A stretch of DNA of 64,000 nt from Candidatus Chisholmbacteria bacterium RIFCSPHIGHO2_01_FULL_52_32 (GCA_001816585.1 MHCJ01000003.1:11013-75012); one strand, 5' to 3'; counted from the first letter of the stretch, positions 47,715 through 57,737 are shown. Numbers and translations are program-made. The notes: a model not told the origin generated them from the sequence alone.

Positions 47715-48863
47715 ATGTATCTAGCTTTGGTTCTTCACATCTATCAGCCGCCGACGCAGTACCCGGAGATGGTGCGGCGGATTACCGAGCAGTCGTATAC
47801 GAAGATTGTTGATTTGCTGGAACGGTTTCCAAAGGCTAAGATTACCCTGAATATTCCCGGTTCGCTGTCAGGACAGTTACTTGAAATGGATTATGAGGCG
47901 CTTTTGGGACGGATCCGGCGTCTTAGTGAGCGTGGGCAAGTGGAGCTGACCGGGACTGCGGCCTATCATCCCATTCTTCCTCATCTTCCCAAGACGGAGA
48001 TCGTCCGCCAAATCAAGATCAACACGAGCATCAATACCTCTTTCTTTGGCAGTTCGTATCAGCCGAGGGGATTCTTTCCTCCTGAGCTTGGGTATAGCAA
48101 GGGTGTTGGGGAGGTGTTGGAAGAGCTTGGTTTTCAGTGGGTTTTGGTTGACGGGACGGCTCTGGCGGACTGGCAGAAGTTTTTAGCGTTTGTTTACGTG
48201 CGGAAGGGGGGAAGGCTTTTTGCATTTCCCCGTGAAGATACCTTGAGTTGGCGGATCGCCTTCGGCAGGCTGAGAACTTTGGTTGGTCTGCGGCGGGCGA
48301 TTGGGAGAGGGGAACTTGCCAAACAACAATACGCGGTAGTGGCAATGGACGGAGAGACGTTCGGACATCATCAGCCTCGGCAGCTTGAATTACTCGAACA
48401 ACTGTTTTCCCGATCGGATACTGACGGCGGAGTTCCGCTGGTTTCCGTTTCGGAGCTGGTTACGCTTTTCTCAAGAAGGAAGGAGGTCGATGTGGCTCTG
48501 TCCACTTGGGGGTACACGGAGTGGGTTGACGGAGAACGGGTGTGGGTTCGTTGGCGGAATCCCCAAAATCCCCTTCACACGCTTCTTAAGAAGTTTCAGG
48601 AGCTTTCCTTTCGGTCCGTCACCGAGAATGATGCCAAATCCAGGCAGATTCTTGACCGGGCGCTGTGTTCGGATACCTTCTGGTGGGCTTCCGGCCGTCC
48701 GTATAAGCATCCCGGGATGGTAGAGCGCGGATCACGCCTTTTTCTGGATGCCATTCTTTCGAGCGAGAGCGCGACCACCTTTCAGAAGCAGGAGGCGAGG
48801 GAGCTTCACCATACAATTTCGCGGATGGGGTATCGGGTACCCGGGAAACGCAAGAGAGGATGA
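47715..48863 (+). CDS. Glycoside hydrolase family 57
   Basis: HIYQP, YHPILP, FFPPELGY, DGETFGHH, SDTFWWAS. Confidence 0.9.
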   Translation: MYLALVLHIYQPPTQYPEMVRRITEQSYTKIVDLLERFPKAKITLNIPGSLSGQLLEMDYEALLGRIRRLSERGQVELTGTAAYHPILPHLPKTEIVRQIKINTSINTSFFGSSYQPRGFFPPELGYSKGVGEVLEELGFQWVLVDGTALADWQKFLAFVYVRKGGRLFAFPREDTLSWRIAFGRLRTLVGLRRAIGRGELAKQQYAVVAMDGETFGHHQPRQLELLEQLFSRSDTDGGVPLVSVSELVTLFSRRKEVDVALSTWGYTEWVDGERVWVRWRNPQNPLHTLLKKFQELSFRSVTENDAKSRQILDRALCSDTFWWASGRPYKHPGMVERGSRLFLDAILSSESATTFQKQEARELHHTISRMGYRVPGKRKRG

Positions 48864-48872
48864 GGGAGGAAA

Positions 48873-49040
48873 ATATGAATTACGAATTATGAGTTATGAA
48901 TTATGAATTATGAATAAAGCACTAAAGGAATAGAGAGAGGGAAGAGGGCGATTTGGAATTTACGATTCAACATTGATAATTGATGAATTTTTGGCTAACG
49001 GATGCTATATGCTTAATTCTTGATTCATTATTCTTGATTC
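48873..49040. repeat. Inverted pair of heptamer tracts (TTATGAA ... TTCWTRA)
   Basis: Purine-rich arm after stop, complementary arm before next start. Confidence 0.8.
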
Positions 49041-49046
49041 TCTCCT

Positions 49047-50384
49047 ATGCTTTGGGCAAACTTCATGCACATCTACCAGCCTCCGGATCAAAAGCGGTTC
49101 ATCATAGATGCAGTGGTGCGCGAAGCCTATCGGCCGATTATCTCCATTTTGATGGATAATCCTCAGGCGCGGATAACGATGTCGATCGTCGGTTTATTGC
49201 TTAAGAAGCTTGATACCGAGGGGTATCGGGATGTGATTGATGGATTGAAAACTCTGGTTTCGCGTGGGCAGATCGAACTTACCGCAGGAACGATGTACCA
49301 TCCCTTTCTGCCGAAACTACCTGATAGTGAAATAGTCCGTCAAATCAATCTGAATAACGAGAGTCAGCACTTTTACTTCGGGAGTGCTTATCAGCCGCAG
49401 GGATTCTATAGCCCAGAGGCGGGGTACAGTTACCGGGTGATGGAGATTGCGCATTCGTTCGGATACCGATGGACGATTGTCGATGAGATTGCGTACTCCG
49501 GATTCTTAAGCCGGAGAGGGTATGATTTCCAGCACACTCCGGGGTTTTACAGCGGCGGATTGGACCTCGAGCGGATCGTCGGAACAGTCAGCGGAGCGGG
49601 GAAGGGGAAAACGGAGAAGCGGCGGTTTGTCGATTACAGCAAGCTCTATAGCATTCGGGGACTTCATGGCTTTTTGGTCAATTTCCGGGAACGGGTGATC
49701 TCCGATGCTTTAGCTTCAGGGCAAATCACGACTCCGGAACAATTTCTTGAGGTGCTTAAACCCGAAATGACAAAAAAGCGGTATCTTTTAACCGGCACGG
49801 ATGGGGAAGCGTACGGGCATCACCAGAAGGGATTGGATCATGTTTTAGGACAGCTCTACTGGCGGAAAGCTTTGGAGACGGTCACGATTTCCGAGCTTCC
49901 GCAGCATTTCCCGGTTGCTGAGGAGGTGGAGCCGATACCCTCGACTTGGGGGACGAGTGAGGAGGAGGTTGCGGCTCGCAACTACTATGCCCGATGGCAC
50001 CACATTGACAACGAACTTCACGATAAGCAGTGGGCGCTCACCGATTTGGCGATCCATGCAGTCACTTCTGGTACGGCGAAGCGGAAGACGGTTTCAGCCG
50101 AGGCACGGAAGATGCTTGATGAGGCGCTGTACTCATGTCACTACTGGTGGGCGTCGGCGCGGCCTTGGTGGTCGATAGAGCTTATCGAGCGGGGGGCACG
50201 AAGCCTAGCGGACGTCGTTGCGGTCGCAGAGGGGTACACGGGAGGGATTCGGGAGGTGGAAAAAAAGAAGGAAGACAAAGGGCGAGCGGGAAAGGCCCTA
50301 CGGCTGTATCAGGACATCGTCTTCACCGCGTTTGATTGGCTGAGGACGGAGAAGGTGTGGGACCTCTCCCATCTCCACAAGTGA
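49047..50384 (+). CDS. Glycoside hydrolase family 57, paralog 2
   Basis: HIYQP, YHPFLP, YSPEAGY, DGEAYGHH, SCHYWWAS. Confidence 0.9.
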   Translation: MLWANFMHIYQPPDQKRFIIDAVVREAYRPIISILMDNPQARITMSIVGLLLKKLDTEGYRDVIDGLKTLVSRGQIELTAGTMYHPFLPKLPDSEIVRQINLNNESQHFYFGSAYQPQGFYSPEAGYSYRVMEIAHSFGYRWTIVDEIAYSGFLSRRGYDFQHTPGFYSGGLDLERIVGTVSGAGKGKTEKRRFVDYSKLYSIRGLHGFLVNFRERVISDALASGQITTPEQFLEVLKPEMTKKRYLLTGTDGEAYGHHQKGLDHVLGQLYWRKALETVTISELPQHFPVAEEVEPIPSTWGTSEEEVAARNYYARWHHIDNELHDKQWALTDLAIHAVTSGTAKRKTVSAEARKMLDEALYSCHYWWASARPWWSIELIERGARSLADVVAVAEGYTGGIREVEKKKEDKGRAGKALRLYQDIVFTAFDWLRTEKVWDLSHLHK

Positions 50385-50404
50385 GCTTGAGGTTCTTTTT
50401 CCTA

Positions 50405-51145
50405 TCAGTCAACCGAGATTAATCCACGTGCTTGTGAGATCAAACGGGCGACGCTCGCATATTGAGACAGCTTATCATCGGGAATCAACTGACGAAGAGT
50501 CACGGCTTCTTGGGCTAACTGTTGGAGAGGGGGGTCTTCTCTTTTCTGCTTTGATCCTTGATTAAAGTATGTGTTGAGAAGATTCAGCGGAACGATACGA
50601 AGGAGACGTGGGACGTGTTGTATTCCGGTTTGGAAGCTATGTTCAAGTTCATCGATGAGTGTGACGCTCATTCCCTGAGTGATTTCTTTTTTTATGGTCG
50701 ACAATTGGGGGTTTTCGGCGGAAGTTTGTGTCGTTGAGAATTCGTTGGCCGTGCCTCTAGACGGAAAGAGCAAGCTGAAAACAGCTACAGTGTCTGGATG
50801 AATTACGATATGGTTGTTGATCGTGTCGTAGTGACCGCTCTGGAAGCCAAATTTTCTGAGTATCGAATTGTCGGAAACAGCCACTATATCTTCGAGTACT
50901 CCCTCATCGCTATCGAGATTGTAGGCCAGGGGAAGAAAACGGCGAGATACATATTCCCTTTCGCCAAGAACCAAGCCACCACGAATGATAATCCGATCGA
51001 GTCTCGACTGTCGACCCTGACCTAGCTCTGACATGAGCTGCGCCATAGCCTGGGGCTGAAATTCAAGGTCGAACCACTGGGGCGGATATTTCTCGTCGTG
51101 AAGCACTTCCGGAATCGTGAATGGAGTTGGGGCTTCAGGAGTCAT
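50405..51145 (-). CDS. Hypothetical protein (degenerate zincin-like DELEH)
   Basis: 246-aa ORF; GHYD...TLIDELEH. Confidence 0.7.
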   Translation of the reverse strand: MTPEAPTPFTIPEVLHDEKYPPQWFDLEFQPQAMAQLMSELGQGRQSRLDRIIIRGGLVLGEREYVSRRFLPLAYNLDSDEGVLEDIVAVSDNSILRKFGFQSGHYDTINNHIVIHPDTVAVFSLLFPSRGTANEFSTTQTSAENPQLSTIKKEITQGMSVTLIDELEHSFQTGIQHVPRLLRIVPLNLLNTYFNQGSKQKREDPPLQQLAQEAVTLRQLIPDDKLSQYASVARLISQARGLISVD

Positions 51146-51151
51146 AGATTA

Positions 51152-51176
51152 CCTTTAAGGGAGTCTCCTTTAAAGG
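51152..51176. repeat. REP-like palindrome
   Basis: cctttaaggg-agtct-cctttaaagg. Confidence 0.75.
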
Positions 51177-51180
51177 TGGG

Positions 51181-51810
51181 TTAGCCGCTGATGTAGCGGG
51201 CGTGGTTTCTGACATTGGGTTCCAGAAGCGCATTGGCCTTTCGAATCTCTTGGCAGACGGTCTCTACAGGTTTATTCTCTGCGTCGATGAGGATTTGTGT
51301 ACGGAAGCGGTTCCATCCGCCATCGCCAACATAAACAAAGAAACGAGGGAGAGTAAGCGACTCAAGTTTGAACTGTGGCTCTCCCCAGGCTTGAATGTAG
51401 ATGTCTGGCCGGAGTGACCCGGTGAATCGTTGGACAGTTTGGTCGTATCTCTTGACGAGGTAGACCGCAAATTGAAGGGCGACATTTGGTGTCCAGTCGC
51501 GGCGGGTAATTTTCCCAGGTCTGGCAAAAGACATGTCATAATCATAAGATCTACTGACCGGGTAAACTGATTCTTCTGAATGAAGTACGTTGAGAAGGTA
51601 GGCATATGCCATGTCGGGCGGTCCTGGGTTGGGACGCATATTCTCAGGATATTCGATTTTTTTGGAGACTAGAGCGAGTGGCTCGGATCCGAAACGGGCG
51701 TAGAAATCCTGGGCAAAGCAAGAGAACACACTTTTAAGGAATGGGTCGTATTCAGCCCGTGAGCGTTCAATGGTGTTGCGGAGTTGGTTTCGTTCGGCGG
51801 GAGTAGTCAT
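51181..51810 (-). CDS. Hypothetical protein bracketed by REP-like palindromes
   Basis: 209-aa ORF. Confidence 0.75.
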   Translation of the reverse strand: MTTPAERNQLRNTIERSRAEYDPFLKSVFSCFAQDFYARFGSEPLALVSKKIEYPENMRPNPGPPDMAYAYLLNVLHSEESVYPVSRSYDYDMSFARPGKITRRDWTPNVALQFAVYLVKRYDQTVQRFTGSLRPDIYIQAWGEPQFKLESLTLPRFFVYVGDGGWNRFRTQILIDAENKPVETVCQEIRKANALLEPNVRNHARYISG

Positions 51811-51824
51811 GTCAGAGTTATCGA

Positions 51825-51849
51825 CCTTGAAAGGTTCGACCTTACAAGG
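51825..51849. repeat. REP-like palindrome
   Basis: ccttgaaagg-ttcga-ccttacaagg. Confidence 0.78.
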
Positions 51850-51853
51850 TGGG

Positions 51854-51880
51854 TTAGCCGCGGGCGCGGGTGATGGCCGC
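51854..51880 (-). pseudogene. Displaced synonymous duplicate of the last 9 codons of gene 51999..52625 (AAITRARG*)
   Basis: gcg gcc atc acc cgc gcc cgc ggc taa versus gcg gca att aca aga gct cga gga taa. Confidence 0.85.
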
Positions 51881-51998
51881 CCCGCACAACTCCTGCCTGA
51901 TCTACGGCGTACCGCCTGTACTCTAAGGCACGTCGTATGCGGGGCAGGCTCGAGAATTTGTCAGATCTTGCCATCGCGAATCCTGCGCGGTAATCGGA

Positions 51999-52625
51999 TT
52001 ATCCTCGAGCTCTTGTAATTGCCGCGATGATGAGGATGATGACGAAGAGGACGACAGCCACAATGACGCCGGCTCGGCGTACTCCGGAGAAGAACCCGCC
52101 TGTTTGGGGAGCGATGGTTGGGCTGGCTTCCGGCTGTTCGACAATCTCTCCGAAGCTTTGGGCTGGGGTAGTTCTGGCTGTCGGCGCGGTCGGTTGGGGA
52201 GTTCCCTCGAGGAAACGGATGGATTGGACTGCCCCTTGCATGACGATATCAGCAGAAGGGGTCCTGGCCCGGTTGCCGCGTTCCCTGGTGACAAGGAGGC
52301 TTGAGAAAGCGGTCTTCGTCTTGAACTGCGCTTTTCCGACCCCAAGGTCACCGAGTTTGGCTGCATTTCCGCCGGTGGTCGGATTAGTCCAGAGCGTATA
52401 GGTGAATTCCTCTGGAGTCGCAGGGTAGATCAGGTCACGACAGCTGACGACGACCTGGTAGTTGTAGTCGGGCATGAGTACCGAGGCGGCAAAGCAGCGG
52501 GCGGCTTGGCCCGTGGTCGAACGAAGCTCGGCGGTACCTTCAGAGGCATGCACGGCACGCGCTCCAGAAAGGAACAGCGCTGCGGCTACAAAAAAAGCGG
52601 CGGACAGAAGCCGTAATGATTTCAT
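51999..52625 (-). CDS. Secreted protein with C-terminal membrane anchor
   Basis: Signal peptide ending VHA, PT-rich linker, C-terminal TM. Confidence 0.82.
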   Translation of the reverse strand: MKSLRLLSAAFFVAAALFLSGARAVHASEGTAELRSTTGQAARCFAASVLMPDYNYQVVVSCRDLIYPATPEEFTYTLWTNPTTGGNAAKLGDLGVGKAQFKTKTAFSSLLVTRERGNRARTPSADIVMQGAVQSIRFLEGTPQPTAPTARTTPAQSFGEIVEQPEASPTIAPQTGGFFSGVRRAGVIVAVVLFVIILIIAAITRARG

Positions 52626-52734
52626 ACAAGAGTATTATAGGGTATATTTTAAAAAATGCAAGTACCAGAGCGATGTCTGACTTCTAATGGTGAGTGGGAA
52701 TGGTTCTTATCGAAGGCAGTTTACGGTCGGACCA

Positions 52735-53208
52735 TCATTGGAGGATCCTTAGCCTGCCTTTTGCCCACTGCTGAACTTGGGCAAGTGAATCTTCTGGTCG
52801 GATACCGACGATTGAGAAGAGGATGACAACTTCCTTCCCTTCGCTTTCGGATTCGCCAAAGCCGAGGACAATCTTGGGTAAAGACTGTTTAACGACATGG
52901 GCTTCCATCATGGTTCGTAGCTCAAGATCTTTCTCTACCGGTAACAACTTTACCCTCTCGGGGACATCCAAACTGAGGATTTTTTCGTAGATCGTTCGGA
53001 TCTCTTGGGTTTTATGCAACTGTATCAAAGCATAGAATTCTCCCAGAGGACTCGTTGCGGGAAAGACGCCGACAAGTGTATTAATCTCTGAGGGAACATC
53101 GATCAGACCTCTGAGTACGAAGTTATTCACTCCCTGTTCGGGTGTAAGGCGGGAGAATCGATCGATACTTTCATAGAGAAGGTGGGGAAAGGGTACTTCG
53201 GCTGGCAT
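52735..53208 (-). CDS. Hypothetical protein
   Basis: 157-aa ORF after TTGACT-N16-TATAAT. Confidence 0.72.
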   Translation of the reverse strand: MPAEVPFPHLLYESIDRFSRLTPEQGVNNFVLRGLIDVPSEINTLVGVFPATSPLGEFYALIQLHKTQEIRTIYEKILSLDVPERVKLLPVEKDLELRTMMEAHVVKQSLPKIVLGFGESESEGKEVVILFSIVGIRPEDSLAQVQQWAKGRLRILQ

Positions 53209-53345
53209 ACGATCATATTATAGGCTTTCCTGCCGAGGAGTCAAATGCGGTTCTTGGGTAGTATAGGGAATATGATCTATCTTATCCTTGAGACCAAGAT
53301 TTTAGGGCGGCTCAGCGCGCAGGTCCTGAAGTATTGACGGAGGGA

Positions 53346-53768
53346 TTAGGTCGGCTGAACTTCGGTTGGTGCGCTTTCCCGGGAGGCGAAGTAGGCTTGG
53401 ATGCCAGACAGAATTTGGTCCCCGATAATTTCAAGTGGTTTAAGGCCCCTTTCGTGTTGGCCGATGAGGTTAATGGTTGTGTTCTGGAGTTCCTGTCCGC
53501 GCTTTCTTTTTTCCTGGGCTTTGCGGTGGGAAGAGGTGATGCCAAAGGGAACGATCCCCGCGGCGGTTTCCACCAGATAATGGATGCCTTTGCTACGTTC
53601 TTCGGGTGACGCGGTTTCCCACCAGAGGATTTGTCCAAAATCTTCAAGGAGTGCCAGGGCTGACTCGAATTGACGCTCGTATTGGGTCCTTTTTCTCCTA
53701 TCCTGAATTGCTTCTCGGTTTACTTGACTTAGCCTATCAGTCTGGTGGTTCGGCGCTTCTGCTGACAT
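53346..53768 (-). CDS. Hypothetical protein
   Basis: 140-aa ORF. Confidence 0.65.
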   Translation of the reverse strand: MSAEAPNHQTDRLSQVNREAIQDRRKRTQYERQFESALALLEDFGQILWWETASPEERSKGIHYLVETAAGIVPFGITSSHRKAQEKRKRGQELQNTTINLIGQHERGLKPLEIIGDQILSGIQAYFASRESAPTEVQPT

Positions 53769-53859
53769 CGATCAGCGTGATTGTATCATAGAGGATTTTT
53801 CGGAGTCCATGAGGAGGTTTCTTGATTTTGGTTGGGAAAATTGTAGAATTGCGGGCAAG

Positions 53860-54636
53860 ATGGGTGATCTTGAGGAGGCTAAACAAAGATATCTTGCAAG
53901 GAAGCAGGCCGAAGAAGCTGAGCAGCGAGCTGTGGAGACAGAGAGGAAAGCGGCTCTGGATTTGAAGTCCACGCAAGTGGCTGAGGAGTGGCGTCACCAT
54001 GAAGCAACATTCAAGGATCAGATTCTTCCAGCTCTTGTAGGTATTGAAGATGATTTCTGGAAGAATCATCTTTCTCCTCAAGTATTGGGTCTCTTTGATG
54101 ATGCGGCTAAAGAAATTGCAAGGAGAGAGCAAATAGCAATGAATAGGAGGATATATTTTGATCATGGAGTTGATCTCAGGGTGGAGCGAGCTCCTGATGT
54201 TACAACTGCTTACCAACGATATAAGCGTGACATGACATTGTTAGGACATTACTTGTACGGAAATTATGAGTTCAAAGAAAGACTTGATCTGAAGCATTTG
54301 ATCTCACTTTGGGAAAGTGGTGAGCTTATGCATCTCCCGGTTACCATGCTGGTTAGCTTTGGGAAAGTAGGGAGGCCGATACCCCCAACTATCGATATAG
54401 TCGGTGGGGGCTCAACATTTGAGGTAAGTTTTAGGGTTGAAAGGGATGGGGTTGTTCGTTGGGGTTGGGGAGATCTTTCTGATGAGTTAGGGGAGAGGAA
54501 GTTTCAGGAGTATAACGGAGATTTCCATACGCTCGCCGACCAATTGTGGGCTGGTATTGAAAAACGGATTTATATGAAAACATATAATATTCGAGGAGGA
54601 GTAGCACGTGATGGTGATGAGCAGGGATGGGCATGA
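53860..54636 (+). CDS. Hypothetical protein, paralog of 55953..56681; probable 3' frameshift
   Basis: ATG after repeated promoter; MGDLEEAKQR coiled coil; alternative frame continues to GDHGSGADKG* at 54689. Confidence 0.8.
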   Translation: MGDLEEAKQRYLARKQAEEAEQRAVETERKAALDLKSTQVAEEWRHHEATFKDQILPALVGIEDDFWKNHLSPQVLGLFDDAAKEIARREQIAMNRRIYFDHGVDLRVERAPDVTTAYQRYKRDMTLLGHYLYGNYEFKERLDLKHLISLWESGELMHLPVTMLVSFGKVGRPIPPTIDIVGGGSTFEVSFRVERDGVVRWGWGDLSDELGERKFQEYNGDFHTLADQLWAGIEKRIYMKTYNIRGGVARDGDEQGWA

Positions 54637-54754
54637 GTGCGGGTTATGGGTCCCAAGGTGACCACGGTTCAGGAGCGGATAAGGGATGATGAAGATTGTC
54701 TAAAGATAGAGGTTTGTTGATTTTAGTGCAGAAAATTGTAGAATTGCGGGCAAA

Positions 54755-55888
54755 ATGGCTTGGAATCAAGAATCAGAGAGAATGAGGGTCAGGGAGAGAG
54801 AGGTTGATGAGGTCTTAATTACTCACACCGTCGAGCACGTAGTCCGGCTGACTACAGGAGCTGAGTCTGTTGATCCAATATCACGATGGGATGTTCTTCA
54901 GGAACTTGTGATTCCTATCCTAGAGCTTGATTATTGGAGAAGAAACATCACTCCAGAGATTGAAGTCTTACTTCGAAATAATGCGCTTGATCTTCAGGCC
55001 AGAGAGCGCCGTAAGTATGGAGAGACGCTGGAACTCTTGCCTCGATATTTTTCAGCAACAGCGACGGTCCTAGATGAGAGAGACAAAGTAACACTTTTAT
55101 CACGGCTTCAAAATCCCTACCGAGATATGAACCCCTCACAAATAGTTGATTTGTTATCACGAAAGAGAGGATGGGTAATGGAACAATTGGATGAGATGTT
55201 TACTGTCGGGAGAGGGTTTGTTTTTTCTCATGAGAGGTTGCTGGAAGGATTACCGCCCGAAGAATTGCCAGGAACAAGGAGGGTTTGGTGTGTAGGAGTT
55301 CAAGCTGTTGGCGACAGGATGAAAGCCTTTATAGGAAGTGAGGAGACTGACTTTAACCGTCACGTTGCGGCAAATAAAAAATGGGATAGCGCTGGTCTTT
55401 CACGGTGGTTTTCGGAGCATATTCAATCTGGAAAAAAGGGGCATACTTTTTTCCCACTTCAGTGGGATGAAATATATCGAGGAGGCTGGTATTGGAATAT
55501 TGATCAGCCCTCTATTAATAAACCAGTCGAGTTCATAGCAGCGATCTCCCATATAGGATCGTTTTCAGAACTTCTTGTACTTCTTGCAGAGAAAGACAGG
55601 TTTATCACCAAGCCAAAGGTGGTTGTTGTCAAGCCTGAAGAGCAAGAAGCGAAGCAGACACTCACGCAAACTATCTATACCCCAGAATTTGGTCTATCGG
55701 AACCGCCACTCATTTCAGATCCAAGGTTGGCTTTAAATCCTCGAGCACAGATGTTGGCGGCACAAGGGTTTCCGGAATGGAAGATACGGGCAATGTTTGA
55801 TGAGGAGGAGATGGAAATGCGTAAGCGTTCTAGTGGAGATCGCTATCTCCGAGGAGGAGATCACGCGTCGGGAGCGGATAGGGGATGA
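54755..55888 (+). CDS. Hypothetical protein
   Basis: 377-aa ORF after repeated promoter; ends GDHASGADRG*. Confidence 0.82.
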   Translation: MAWNQESERMRVREREVDEVLITHTVEHVVRLTTGAESVDPISRWDVLQELVIPILELDYWRRNITPEIEVLLRNNALDLQARERRKYGETLELLPRYFSATATVLDERDKVTLLSRLQNPYRDMNPSQIVDLLSRKRGWVMEQLDEMFTVGRGFVFSHERLLEGLPPEELPGTRRVWCVGVQAVGDRMKAFIGSEETDFNRHVAANKKWDSAGLSRWFSEHIQSGKKGHTFFPLQWDEIYRGGWYWNIDQPSINKPVEFIAAISHIGSFSELLVLLAEKDRFITKPKVVVVKPEEQEAKQTLTQTIYTPEFGLSEPPLISDPRLALNPRAQMLAAQGFPEWKIRAMFDEEEMEMRKRSSGDRYLRGGDHASGADRG

Positions 55889-55952
55889 TGAAGATTCTTT
55901 AAGATAGGGATCTCTTGACTTTAAACAAAGGAAATGTAGAATTGCGGGCAAT

Positions 55953-56681
55953 ATGAGTAGACTTGAGGAAGCGAGAGCTAGAATTGCAGCTCAAGAACAT
56001 GCGGCACAGGAAGCCAGGGAGAAATGGGAGCAAGAGGAAGAGCTACGTAAAAGAGACTTTGAGTCTCTCAAGCCTGAGCTGGAAAGAATTGAGCTCGAAT
56101 TCTGGCGGGCACATGTCCCAGTCCAACTTACTGATCTCTATTCGGAAGTGCGAAGAACAATTGAAGAGAAAGAAGGATTTCAGATGGATGAAGTCATCAG
56201 ATTTTACTATGGGGAGTATTCACTGCATCATGAGGTTGTACGTTACTCTTCTGGTAAACAAGAGAATCGATGGGATAAAATGTATGGTCTCCGAGATGAT
56301 GCGGTTGGATTATGGAGGGAAGGGAAATTAGCCCAGATTCCTTTGCGGAGCGTGTCACTTGAATATATTCATAGCAAGAGAGCTGGCGACTCTGAAACTG
56401 TCAACAGAATACACTTTGAAGTTGGTCAGGATGATAAAGCCACTTGGACTGTGGGTGACGGAAAAAAATATTTCTTTGATCCAGAAAGGGGAATACATGG
56501 GAACTTTGACAGAGATGGACATGGTAAATGTGGAACTTCCAATTCTGATATAGATTTACTCGCGGAGCTTATGATCCCGTTTATTAATGGAAGACAATAC
56601 CATTACGGGATTGATCATTCTCCTGGTCCAAAAGACCGAGCTGGTGATGATGGGAGCTCTGGTGGTCCTGGCGGGCATTAG
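55953..56681 (+). CDS. Hypothetical protein, paralog of 53860..54636
   Basis: MSRLEEARAR; shared FW..H, LW..G.L..[LI]P and W..GD blocks. Confidence 0.82.
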   Translation: MSRLEEARARIAAQEHAAQEAREKWEQEEELRKRDFESLKPELERIELEFWRAHVPVQLTDLYSEVRRTIEEKEGFQMDEVIRFYYGEYSLHHEVVRYSSGKQENRWDKMYGLRDDAVGLWREGKLAQIPLRSVSLEYIHSKRAGDSETVNRIHFEVGQDDKATWTVGDGKKYFFDPERGIHGNFDRDGHGKCGTSNSDIDLLAELMIPFINGRQYHYGIDHSPGPKDRAGDDGSSGGPGGH

Positions 56682-56786
56682 GTAACTTGAGGATCAGCCA
56701 TAGGCTTGATCTGAGCAGAGGATGTCTTCCTTGTTAGATTCCCCTTATCGTTGTCTTCTTTCTCCATCTCGCATATAGTTAATTTT

Positions 56787-56855
56787 ATGCGTGTGCTTTT
56801 TGTTGCCGCGGAGGCGGCGCCTTTAGTCAAGGTCGGGGGTTTGTCGCAGTCTTAA
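56787..56855 (+). pseudogene. Displaced 5' fragment of glgA (MRVLFVAAEAAPLVKVGGLSQS*)
   Basis: 17 of the first 19 residues match GlgA at 57831; retains a TTGTCT-N17-TATAGT promoter. Confidence 0.88.
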
Positions 56856-56897
56856 GGAAATGATCAGGAGTTTATTCCAAGCGCTGGTTTACTATCG

Positions 56898-57539
56898 TTA
56901 AACAGCTCGTACTACTTCCGGATCTCCTTGACTAAACCGAGAAAGCTCTTGTTTTATGGCTTCGGGGTTGCTATTCGCCCTTATTAGAGGACCCATCGTT
57001 TCGGATAGCCATTTACCGTCGATTGTTTGCTGGGAATCACGCAAGATTCTCCTGCCGTCACTGGCCAGTAAAGACCAGGCTACCCCGCTTGATAATGCGT
57101 GCTGTCGTTCGTTGGGTCCTCTGGAGGTGTTGAGAAGCTCACGGATATAGGTTGCAAGCAGCCAGCGCTGGGCTCCTGCCGCTCTTTCGGATCCCAACTC
57201 CCTATAGTGTGAATAGTTGGGTAGATTTCTTATTCTTTCTACAAGAGCTTCTCTTGTCCGATCGAAGAAAGAATCCGCAACGCCGCTATTGCCGGAAAGA
57301 TACAGACGCATTGAAGATACTTCAAGTTTCACCTGTTGTCGTAATAAGCCTTTTATGATTTTGTCCGCAGCCTCCAGTCCACTTTTTGTTGAATCAAACT
57401 CGGCAAACCTTTCTAGTGCATCAAAGACGCTGCGTATTCCATCCTCAGTCTTCCTCTTTACTTCTGCGAGGAGGGTTTCTTTTTTCTCGGTTGGCGTTTG
57501 TTCTTGAGGGATTCCTTCTTCCTCGGGAGGTTGTTCCAT
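56898..57539 (-). CDS. Hypothetical protein between the two glgA 5' ends
   Basis: 213-aa ORF. Confidence 0.75.
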   Translation of the reverse strand: MEQPPEEEGIPQEQTPTEKKETLLAEVKRKTEDGIRSVFDALERFAEFDSTKSGLEAADKIIKGLLRQQVKLEVSSMRLYLSGNSGVADSFFDRTREALVERIRNLPNYSHYRELGSERAAGAQRWLLATYIRELLNTSRGPNERQHALSSGVAWSLLASDGRRILRDSQQTIDGKWLSETMGPLIRANSNPEAIKQELSRFSQGDPEVVRAV

Positions 57540-57737
57540 AGCCTTCTTGTTGTAGAGGACTGAAGATAGTGTACTACAAAAAGGACAGTATAAACATTCC
57601 TTGCGAGGTAGTCTTGAGAAGTCATTGGGGAACCAGAGCGGTTCCTTCGTGGACGCTCTTCTTGAAACGAAAGGCGTGCGAGGAGAATTATCTGAAGGTG
57701 GGACATAATTCCTAGGTTCTTTGACAACTTGTCACGT

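Noticed and set aside
53822-55955. Repeats read as a CRISPR array or integron attC sites
   Set aside because: Spacers are whole genes, the repeats are promoter-like, there are no RYYYAAC/GTTRRRY hairpins, and no cas or intI gene is present
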